A DNA stretch of 64,000 nucleotides from Bacillota bacterium (GTDB lineage Bacteria > Bacillota_I > Bacilli_A > RF39 > UBA660): assembly GCA_015059155.1 (NCBI GenBank), contig SVAX01000002.1, positions 85,561 to 149,560 of the forward strand, in the 5' to 3' direction. Shown piece after piece: positions 55,931-64,000 of this stretch. The notes beneath the pieces were generated by a model. That model searched no databases. It worked only from the letters and a program-made list of their open reading frames with translations, and was not told where the DNA came from. Numbering within the stretch: position 1 is the first letter of the stretch; each line of letters starts with the position of its first letter. The translations under genes were made by a program, and so were the position numbers.

Positions 55931-56044
55931 ACTTTTTCGCGTTTTTTTGAGCTTGTTTTCGTACCTAAAAATATAACTTTTTTAATATATTTGGTACCTT
56001 AATTTTGATATTATTTATTTTTAAAGGGGGTATTGTAGAATATG

Positions 56045-56114
56045 AAAAAAGCACTGACTCTATTTTTAAAATCAGTGCTTGATACACTCTTATGTACAGT
56101 TATTTCATATTCTA
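56045..56114 (-). ncRNA. Putative sRNA unit 1
   Basis: TTGACA(56142-56147)-16-TATAAT(56120-56125) with TG; hairpin 56049-56080 plus U-tract. Confidence 0.5.
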
Positions 56115-56321
56115 TCACAATTATAGCACAGCATTTAGGATTGTCAATAGGATAAAATTTAGGATGAAAAAAGGCAAAAAAACAGGATGCAAAATCTTCT
56201 TAGCCTTTGAAAAATATAATGTTTCTCTAAAACAAACTTACGTAGTAAGTGGGGGTATTGACAGGAATAGAAACTTTTTTCATAAAAAATTTATCTTAAA
56301 AACAATGTAATAATAGAATAT

Positions 56322-56391
56322 AAAAAACATTACTATTTCTCATAAAAAACAAATAGTAATGCTCACTTAAATACACTTATTTCATATTCTA
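56322..56391 (-). ncRNA. Putative sRNA unit 2 (paralog)
   Basis: TTGACA(56419-56424)-16-TATAAT(56397-56402) with TG; same 5' TAGAATATGAAATAA; hairpin 56328-56361 plus U-tract. Confidence 0.5.
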
Positions 56392-56570
56392 ACATAATTA
56401 TAACACGTATTTGTTGTATGTCAATATGGAACTTTTGTCTGAAAAAAAGTTGGAAAAAATGTCTGATAAAAATGCAATTAAGCATTGAAAATACTGGAAT
56501 TTTTAAAATAGATAAGACCATAGATAAAGAGGTATTGACAGGGGTAGGTAATTTTTTTGTTAAAAATTTT

Positions 56571-57005
56571 TTAAGACTTTTCGCAAATATCAGAAATAGA
56601 TATTTTAAATTCTTTACAAAATTTATATAAATTTGAAGTAGAAATACAAATTAATCCTTTTTCATATCTAACAATGCAAGCTTGAGATACACCTATAATA
56701 TCAGCTATATTCTCTTGAGATAAATTATGTCTAATTCTTAATTGTTTCATATTTTTACCAAGTGCAATTAGATTTAATCCTTTTTTAATAGTTTTAGGTT
56801 TTTTGTTATTCGTTAACCCTAATACATAATCAATGCTTACATTGAAGTAATCTGCAAAATCACATAAATTTTTTAATGGAATAATATTTATTCCTAATTC
56901 CCATAATGAATAAGTTGAACGATTAACGCCTAAAATTTCAGACATTTTTGTTTGATTAATATCATTATCTTCCCTTATATCTTTTAATCTTCTAAAGTCT
57001 ATCAT
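56571..57005 (-). CDS. XRE-family repressor with two HTH domains
   Basis: LKDIRE..NQTKMSE.LGV.RSTYSLWE; second HTH LSQENIADIIGVSQ..IVRYEKG. Confidence 0.9.
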   Translation of the reverse strand: MIDFRRLKDIREDNDINQTKMSEILGVNRSTYSLWELGINIIPLKNLCDFADYFNVSIDYVLGLTNNKKPKTIKKGLNLIALGKNMKQLRIRHNLSQENIADIIGVSQACIVRYEKGLICISTSNLYKFCKEFKISISDICEKS

Positions 57006-57132
57006 ATCTATCACCTATTATTATTTTCACATTTATAGTGATAAATATGTAAAATTTGCTATTTTAAGTTATAATTATTGCTATTTTGTGTTATAATTTA
57101 TTTGAACAATTAATTAAAGAAAGGATTTATTT

Positions 57133-57411
57133 ATGGATGATGAAAATAAATTAGTAGATAAAATAATTAGTTGGCAAATAAATTATCAAATTAAAAATTC
57201 TAAAATAACTATAGACTTTTTAGAAAAGAAACTACAATTATATAATAAAAAAATTATTATATTAGAAAAAGAAAAACCTTTATTTTTTCAAAAAAGAAAA
57301 TTAAAAATATATAATAATAAATTGAAAAAATATAATAATGAAATAAAAGAAATACTTCTTCATATGGAAGAAGAAATTAATTTTATAGCAAAACTAGAAA
57401 ATAAAAATTAG
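57133..57411 (+). CDS. Small coiled-coil hypothetical protein
   Basis: Divergent from XRE; AAGGA RBS. Confidence 0.5.
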   Translation: MDDENKLVDKIISWQINYQIKNSKITIDFLEKKLQLYNKKIIILEKEKPLFFQKRKLKIYNNKLKKYNNEIKEILLHMEEEINFIAKLENKN

Positions 57412-57414
57412 GAG

Positions 57415-57600
57415 GTGATAAACATGGAAAAGAGAAAAAAAGTAATATATAATTGCATAGATGTAATAGACCCAAATTTAACTGACGAAGATTTAAAAGA
57501 AATTATAAATATGAAAATTGCAAAAATTACTTTTAGAAATGAGTTTAACATTAATTATATTCCAAATAAAGAAAAGAAATTAAATACACAGAAAAATTAG
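57415..57600 (+). CDS. Small hypothetical protein
   Basis: GGAGGTG RBS; coupled to previous ORF. Confidence 0.45.
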   Translation: MINMEKRKKVIYNCIDVIDPNLTDEDLKEIINMKIAKITFRNEFNINYIPNKEKKLNTQKN

Positions 57601-57622
57601 ATACTTTGCTTGTATCTAATTT

Positions 57623-59005
57623 TTAAATAAATTCTTTTAATAATTCTTCTAAATAACTATTATTAATCCAGAAGCAATGTTTAGTATATTCAGTTGCTCC
57701 TGTTAATTTATCAGCAACTGGTAATGGATAAGCATCTTGGGCATCTCTTGCATGAGGCCTAACATGACACACTTTATTCTCTGAAGCACCTGGAAAATTA
57801 GTCTCTCTATAGCCCTTATCAACAGACTTAACAATATTTCCACTCTTTATAATATCAACAGTCTTTTGCCACATAGTTTGAACTTCATTATCTATAACCA
57901 TCTCGGGCATATTCCATAATTTAATTCCTTTAAATATATATTCATTGTTTTCCATTTTAAATACAAAGAATAAATATTTAGTTGATTCTAAACTTTCTCT
58001 TAAATCAGAATTTTCCCATTCTTGATTTACTAATTCATTATATTTAAAAGCAGGAAAAGACATTGATTCTTTAATTCTTCCATTTTGTTCTATTCTAACA
58101 GTCTTTGGAATGATATTAGCTTTTAAGAATTCTTCTGTTTCATTTAAACTGCCCTTAACACCAAACATTCTACTAACAAGAATTGAATTAATACTCTTAG
58201 CTGTGGAGTCAATATTAAATAACTTCATCAATTCTTTTTGTGTTTTTCCTTTATATTTATTAATAACATTATTTACAAATTCATCGAAAGTTTGATTCGT
58301 ATTAGCTAATATTTTTTCTACATTAGAATAATCACCTATAAATTTTCTAACTAATTGTGTCATATAAGAAGTTTTAAAACAGAATGCTCTATTTTTAGCT
58401 AATATATCACTGAAAGGTTGTTTTCTTTTAGAACTAGCATTTACTCCTTTAGTACACGCACCAAGATACATTGTATCTCCTTCTGATATTTCATGAGCTT
58501 TACCAGCTTTTATTTTATTTATAACTGTGTACCAATCTTGTTCTATTTGCTTAATATCTTCACTTTCAGCCAAATTCATAAGAATTTCATTAGTAATTTT
58601 AAAATCTAATTTATCTTTATTTTCTTCGTGCAAATACCACATTATTTCTAATCGATTATTTTTAAACCAAAAATGACTAGAAAAGAATTCGTTTTTATAC
58701 TCTGTCATATAATCAATCATATTTAATACTAATCTTTCTTTAGCTGAAAGCGTATTATCTTTATTTCTTTTATAAGGAGTTACTTTTAGTTCAATACCTG
58801 CATCAATAAAGTCTGGTTCAGATTCTCCGTTTGCTTCTATGCCAAATAAAGATTGTTCAATTATTCCACCCAAAGACCCTTTAGTAATCTTGCCATCTTC
58901 AACAGTTATAACTTCTGTATCTCTTATATCTCTAAATGATTTACCAATAGCGGATTGAGCTATAAAACCAATTTCTTCTTCTAAATAATGTCTTCCTTTT
59001 TTCAT
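57623..59005 (-). CDS. Sau3AI/MutH-family restriction endonuclease
   Basis: KGSLGGIIEQ, PDF..GIELKVTP, YLGACTKG, second pseudo-domain, HVRPHAR, CFWINNSY. Confidence 0.9.
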   Translation of the reverse strand: MKKGRHYLEEEIGFIAQSAIGKSFRDIRDTEVITVEDGKITKGSLGGIIEQSLFGIEANGESEPDFIDAGIELKVTPYKRNKDNTLSAKERLVLNMIDYMTEYKNEFFSSHFWFKNNRLEIMWYLHEENKDKLDFKITNEILMNLAESEDIKQIEQDWYTVINKIKAGKAHEISEGDTMYLGACTKGVNASSKRKQPFSDILAKNRAFCFKTSYMTQLVRKFIGDYSNVEKILANTNQTFDEFVNNVINKYKGKTQKELMKLFNIDSTAKSINSILVSRMFGVKGSLNETEEFLKANIIPKTVRIEQNGRIKESMSFPAFKYNELVNQEWENSDLRESLESTKYLFFVFKMENNEYIFKGIKLWNMPEMVIDNEVQTMWQKTVDIIKSGNIVKSVDKGYRETNFPGASENKVCHVRPHARDAQDAYPLPVADKLTGATEYTKHCFWINNSYLEELLKEFI

Positions 59006-59177
59006 AAAAATTCTCCTTTCGATCTTGTTTTAATATAAAATTTATAGTAAAATATTATTATAAAAAGTTGATCTTTTATCAAAAATAAGCTATAATACAT
59101 ATTATAGGGTTGATCTTTACAACTAACTATATTATAATATATATAGTAGAATTTAACAAGAAACAGGAGGTATTTAA

Positions 59178-60416
59178 ATGAAAAAAACATGTGTAGAACT
59201 ATTCGCTGGTGTGGGTGGATTTAGATGTGGATTAAATAATGTTTCATTAAAAAATAATAAAGTTGAAGAAAAAGGAAATTGGAATTTTGTTTGGGCTAAC
59301 CAATGGGAACCTGCTACAAAAACTCAAGATGCATATAATTGCTATGGAACAAGATTTGGGTTTGAAGATGTTAGCAACGTTGATATATTTGAAGTTAATA
59401 AAAAAGAAATTCCAGACCACACTTTATTAGTTGGTGGATTTCCTTGTCAAGATTATTCGGTAGCGCAAACATTATCTAGTAGTAAAGGTATAGAAGGAAA
59501 AAAGGGTGTGCTTTGGTGGGCTATCGAAGAAACATTAGCTATTAAACAACCACCTTTTGTTCTATTAGAAAACGTTGATAGATTATTATTATCTCCTGCT
59601 AAACAAAGAGGTAGAGACTTTGGAATGATTTTAAGAAGTTTTTACGAAAATGGTTATAATGTAGAATGGCGAGTTATTAATGCTGGTGAATATGGATTAC
59701 CACAAAAAAGAAGAAGAACTTATATATTTGCATATCATAAATCAACTAATTACTATAAACAAATGCAAAAAGAAATAGATAGAGATATAATCTTCGAAAA
59801 AGGAATATTTGTTAAACAATTTCCTATTAAAGATGAATATGAAGCAATAACAAAATCATCTATTTCAGATTATAAAGACTTAATAGAAGTAAGTAATTCA
59901 TTTAAATGTGAATTTTATAATGCAGGAATTATGATTAATGGTGGAATTTACACTGTTAAAACTAAATCTGATTATAATTTAATTTATCCATTAAGAAAAA
60001 TTAGAGAAGAAAAAGAAGTTGATAATAAATTCTTCCTAACAGGTGCTCAAATTGAAAAATTTTCATATTTAAAAGGTAGTAAAAAAATACCTAGAATAAA
60101 ACCAAATGGTGAATCTTATAACTATTGTGAAGGAGCTATGCCTTTTCCTGATAATTTAGATGCACCAGCAAGAACAATGCTTACAAGTGAAAGTGGAGTT
60201 AGTAGAACAACTCACGTAATAGAAGATTATAAAACAAAGAAACCAAGATTATTAACTCCTAGAGAGTGTGAAAGAATAAATGGATTTCCTGATGACTGGA
60301 CTGACACAGGAATGACTGATAAAAAAAGATATTTTATGATGGGAAATGCACTTGTAGTTGGAGTAATAGAAAAAATTGGAATTGAAATTGAAAAAATAAT
60401 TGAAAATGAAAATTAA
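59178..60416 (+). CDS. dcm: C5-cytosine DNA methyltransferase, M.Sau3AI-like
   Basis: ELFAGVGG, WANQWEP, GGFPCQDYSVA, LENVDRLL..P..QRGRDF, Q.RRR, GNALVV. Confidence 0.93.
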   Translation: MKKTCVELFAGVGGFRCGLNNVSLKNNKVEEKGNWNFVWANQWEPATKTQDAYNCYGTRFGFEDVSNVDIFEVNKKEIPDHTLLVGGFPCQDYSVAQTLSSSKGIEGKKGVLWWAIEETLAIKQPPFVLLENVDRLLLSPAKQRGRDFGMILRSFYENGYNVEWRVINAGEYGLPQKRRRTYIFAYHKSTNYYKQMQKEIDRDIIFEKGIFVKQFPIKDEYEAITKSSISDYKDLIEVSNSFKCEFYNAGIMINGGIYTVKTKSDYNLIYPLRKIREEKEVDNKFFLTGAQIEKFSYLKGSKKIPRIKPNGESYNYCEGAMPFPDNLDAPARTMLTSESGVSRTTHVIEDYKTKKPRLLTPRECERINGFPDDWTDTGMTDKKRYFMMGNALVVGVIEKIGIEIEKIIENEN

Positions 60417-60591
60417 CAAAAAAATACTATTTCAAAATGAATAGTATTTTTTTCTTATAATTCCTTAGGACAATTAGGTTTATATTTAATATCACTAAAA
60501 CCATATACTTTGTTTCAATAACGAATATAAATTCAACTTCATTTATTATATGTGCATTTTTTATACTAAACTTAAATTAATAGCATTTTAA

Positions 60592-63495
60592 TTATACATT
60601 TTTACATAACCTTTTGATTCGTTGAAATTTTCTAACATTATTTATTTTCAAAATTTTTATAATATGTGAATATGTTTGTTTACTTAAAGCCAATTTTCCA
60701 GTTTTAACTTTTTCAATTATATTTTCCACAAAATCCTTTTCACTTGATTCATCTATTTTTGTTATGCCTCTCAAATACTCTCTTAACTCATCTGAATTCG
60801 GATTTAAATAACGTTTTTCATATATAACCTCAAAATCTTCTACCTTTTGTGGTAATTTAATTAGCATTTTTATTTTATTATAAGTTAAATCAGAATAACT
60901 TAGCTTTTCCTTTAAATACTCCAAAATAGGCAAATCTATTATATAATCTGTCGTTATTTGATTAGAGTTTTTAAAAAATATTAAATAGTATGGTTTTAAT
61001 TTTTCAAATTTTTCTTCCTCATAAATTATATGATTTAATCTAGGAAATTTTGAATAACAATATCTGGAATAAAATTTTAATTCAAATAATTGATTTTCTA
61101 TTTCTTCTGTATGTTGATAATAATAAGATAATTTAGGTATATATTTTCTAGATTCCGAAGAAATATTATTAACAATGTTTAATATATCAACATATAAAGA
61201 TTCCTCCTTTTTTTTAGTATTTTCATCCAATGAATTTAGATAATTTATAATTTGTTTTTCTCTTGCAATCGGCAATATTTTAACTTGATTTACAAATTCT
61301 TTTAAGTCTTTCAAATCATTTAACGATAATGCATCATAGTTTTTATTATACAACAAACATAAATTAGTTCTATTATATTTACTAAAGTCAAATCTATAAA
61401 AGATGTTTCTAAACAATTTCATGTCTATATCTTTTATTTTGTCAAAAAAATTAATTAATACATCAAATTTAATATAATAATTTGAAACAATAAAATCAAT
61501 TATTTCATAAATTGTTTCAGTTATTTTTTCTTTTGATATTAATAAGAAAATCAAATTAGGAGATTGACATTTTCTTATTTCGTCAATTGTTATCAACGGC
61601 ATATTATTACTGTATAAAGGTAATAAGTTTTCATTTAAGCCTAACACCTTTATAATTTCTTTTCTATATTCAATAATTTGTTTATCATCATAATTTTGAT
61701 TTAAATCATTGCATAATAAATTTATATAATCTGTTGTTAGCATTATACTATTTAAACACATCATTTTCTTTAACATTTTTTGGACTTTCTTATATCCGTT
61801 TTCACTAGAAAAAATAAAATTAGTTTCTAAATATTCTAGTATTTTATCATAATATAATTCTTCTGTTATTTCATATAATATTTTATTATCAAATATTATA
61901 TCTGGCACCGCTGTTTCATTGCATTTTTCAGATATAGACTTAATTATAATATTTTTAGAAGCTTTTTCACAATATAAATCAAAATCTGGTATATTTTTCT
62001 TTGAATTAACAAATATTGCATTTTGAATTGCATTATCAAAAATATTCTTTATAGGTTTACTTTTAGGATATTTGTAAAAATACATTGAATAGTCCGCAGC
62101 TACAATCCCTTTTTCTAAAGCTTTTTTAATTTCCATATAAAAATCATTATTATCAGATAATTTACTAAAAGTTCTTTTTATTAAATATTCTGAAACAACA
62201 TGGTTAAAATTTTGAGAATCATTAACTAAAGCATAAAACTCTGAATTATATTCATCCTCTAAATATGAAACAAATAAGCAGGTTTCAATATTAATATCTA
62301 TCAATTCGGGTGTTTCAAGTGTTTTCCTATGCTGATATAAATTTTCATATAGTAGAATAAAATAATTAAATCTATGTTTAATATCTCTAATTGATACATT
62401 TTTACCTTTATATAAATAATTCCATATTCCCATTTCATCCTCACTTTTTGGAATATCTATTTCTATTTCCTTTAATTTTTGTTTTTTATGTGAAATTAAT
62501 TGTAATAAAACAGAACCATAATTTTGAAAAGAAACCGTTTGTAAATTAATAATTATATCAAATAATTTTTCATATAACTCTTTATATTCATCTACAATGT
62601 CTTTATCTACTTCTTGTTCTTTTTCTTGTAAACACTGTTGTTTATCTTTTTCTATAAACATTTTTGAATCTTTTGCTAATAAATAAGGTGGTTTTAAAGA
62701 TATTATAAATTTTACATTTATATCATTGTTTTCTGTATAAAACTTATATATTTGTTCTAAAATTCTAATTACAAGATTAGAATCGTTATATCTATCCAAA
62801 TCTTCTATACAAATTATTACTTGACGATATACTGAATCTTTATTTATAAATTCATTAATGATTTCATTAAAGCATTCACTAGTATCGCTTTCATTTATTT
62901 TTCTATTTGTTGTCTCCTTATTAAAGCTTAAATATAATTTTGAACCAGATAAAATATATGCAAAACATATTGATACAGTTAAATCAATAATGAAATTACA
63001 TACCCTTGGAATGGTAAACCCAACTATGTCTAATTTCATTATTATATTAAAAAAGAAAAAACCCAATAATACAAACATCCAATAAATATCATTTTTATTT
63101 CTCATTGAAATGTTAAACAAAGTATATTTATCATCTATTTTTTTATTAAAATAATCTTTATTAGAGTTTTCTGGTAATGCAGTAATTAATTTCTTTAGCA
63201 AAAACTTATGTATACCAATTGTTTCATCATCTATATTAATGATTTTACTTGGTTTGTCTATTTCTTTTATTTTCCACAAATTTATATTAATAAATTTTTT
63301 ATTATTTTTTATGTTTTCTTTATTTTTTACCATATTAATTATTGTACTCTTCCCAGAACCATAATTTGATACTAACCCAATCATTTTTGCATCACTATTA
63401 ATTGCATCGATAATATTATTTACATATACTTCATATCCTATTGCATCTTTTTCTTCTTTTTCTGGTAAATCTAGTAAAAATAAATTTTCTTTCAT
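60592..63495 (-). CDS. KAP-family P-loop NTPase with two TMs and long helical C-terminus
   Basis: GLVSNYGSGKST, ININLW, TM pair, ICIEDLDR, KLFD, SIRDIK. Confidence 0.85.
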   Translation of the reverse strand: MKENLFLLDLPEKEEKDAIGYEVYVNNIIDAINSDAKMIGLVSNYGSGKSTIINMVKNKENIKNNKKFININLWKIKEIDKPSKIINIDDETIGIHKFLLKKLITALPENSNKDYFNKKIDDKYTLFNISMRNKNDIYWMFVLLGFFFFNIIMKLDIVGFTIPRVCNFIIDLTVSICFAYILSGSKLYLSFNKETTNRKINESDTSECFNEIINEFINKDSVYRQVIICIEDLDRYNDSNLVIRILEQIYKFYTENNDINVKFIISLKPPYLLAKDSKMFIEKDKQQCLQEKEQEVDKDIVDEYKELYEKLFDIIINLQTVSFQNYGSVLLQLISHKKQKLKEIEIDIPKSEDEMGIWNYLYKGKNVSIRDIKHRFNYFILLYENLYQHRKTLETPELIDINIETCLFVSYLEDEYNSEFYALVNDSQNFNHVVSEYLIKRTFSKLSDNNDFYMEIKKALEKGIVAADYSMYFYKYPKSKPIKNIFDNAIQNAIFVNSKKNIPDFDLYCEKASKNIIIKSISEKCNETAVPDIIFDNKILYEITEELYYDKILEYLETNFIFSSENGYKKVQKMLKKMMCLNSIMLTTDYINLLCNDLNQNYDDKQIIEYRKEIIKVLGLNENLLPLYSNNMPLITIDEIRKCQSPNLIFLLISKEKITETIYEIIDFIVSNYYIKFDVLINFFDKIKDIDMKLFRNIFYRFDFSKYNRTNLCLLYNKNYDALSLNDLKDLKEFVNQVKILPIAREKQIINYLNSLDENTKKKEESLYVDILNIVNNISSESRKYIPKLSYYYQHTEEIENQLFELKFYSRYCYSKFPRLNHIIYEEEKFEKLKPYYLIFFKNSNQITTDYIIDLPILEYLKEKLSYSDLTYNKIKMLIKLPQKVEDFEVIYEKRYLNPNSDELREYLRGITKIDESSEKDFVENIIEKVKTGKLALSKQTYSHIIKILKINNVRKFQRIKRLCKNV

Positions 63496-63750
63496 TTTTT
63501 ACACCTCTACTTCTAAAAAAAAGCAATATTAACCCATTAAAAGATTAATACTGCTCATCTTCTAAAAAGATTATAGCATATATTTTAACATTTTTTGCAA
63601 AATAGTAAATAATTATAGTTAAAATTTCAATTTTATTATCATTTTAAGTGCTAAATATTATTTTTAGTAAAATTATATCTATCGATTTATTTGTTTAAAT
63701 ATGAGTGTCTTAATACCCAATCCTCAGTTGCAGTGGCAAGTGCACTCTCC

Positions 63751-64000
63751 ACCTCCTGCATTTATGTGATTAGAAACAACTATAACATCGCTGCTATCTC
63801 CGAATGCATTTAAAACTCTATTTACTCTTTCTGTAGGACTTAATGTTTCATCTGTAGTTCTAGTCATTTTAACATCTAAACCTAAATCTCTTAATCTATT
63901 ATATATATACTCAGATATTTTTAAAGTATATTCTTTTTCTATTATACCATTTCCACTAGCACCAGGATCATTTCCACCATGTCCAGCCTCATTGTTAACA
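63751..64000 (-). CDS. 5' fragment of the split amidase (Amidase_3), runs off window
   Basis: AGHGGNDPGA..IEKEYTL..MTRTTD..SNHINAGG, then diverges into element sequence (ECTCHCN*). Confidence 0.9.

Larger units (their letters stand above)
50838..63753. mobile_element. 12,916 bp LSR-encoded gene-intervening element in the amidase gene
   Basis: CCACC direct repeat at 50833-50837 and 63749-63753; removal restores NHINAGGGDGAE in frame; symmetric attP arms. Confidence 0.88.

Overview
Very AT-rich Firmicute/Bacilli-like chromosomal window; gene style suggests a reduced-genome uncultured lineage such as RF39 (inference only). Five blocks. (1) 1-19.6 kb: a co-oriented minus-strand cluster joining a Tad/Flp-type pilus set (CpaB, CpaF/TadA, TadB/C, small pilins) to a minimal VirB-type T4SS set (four VirB2-like pilins, VirB6, VirB3/PrgI, VirB4), with no relaxase or integrase in view. 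(2) scpAB and tRNA-Leu(CAA). (3) A ~20.6 kb island at the tRNA 3' end made of three tandem large-serine-recombinase (LSR) elements delimited by GCACCA junctions at 21147, 27759, 31686 and 41703; cargo includes a MobV relaxase, a VirD4-like ATPase, an ABC exporter and an unannotated type I toxin-antitoxin-like locus. (4) Ordinary core genes (uppP, rlmD, GtrA). (5) A 12,916 bp LSR element (50838-63753) that splits an amidase-LysM gene in frame and carries a Sau3AI-like restriction-modification pair, a KAP NTPase, a relaxase-less oriT-like site shared with an element in block 3, and two paralogous small-RNA-like units. All family calls come from motif recognition by eye; no database searches were run.
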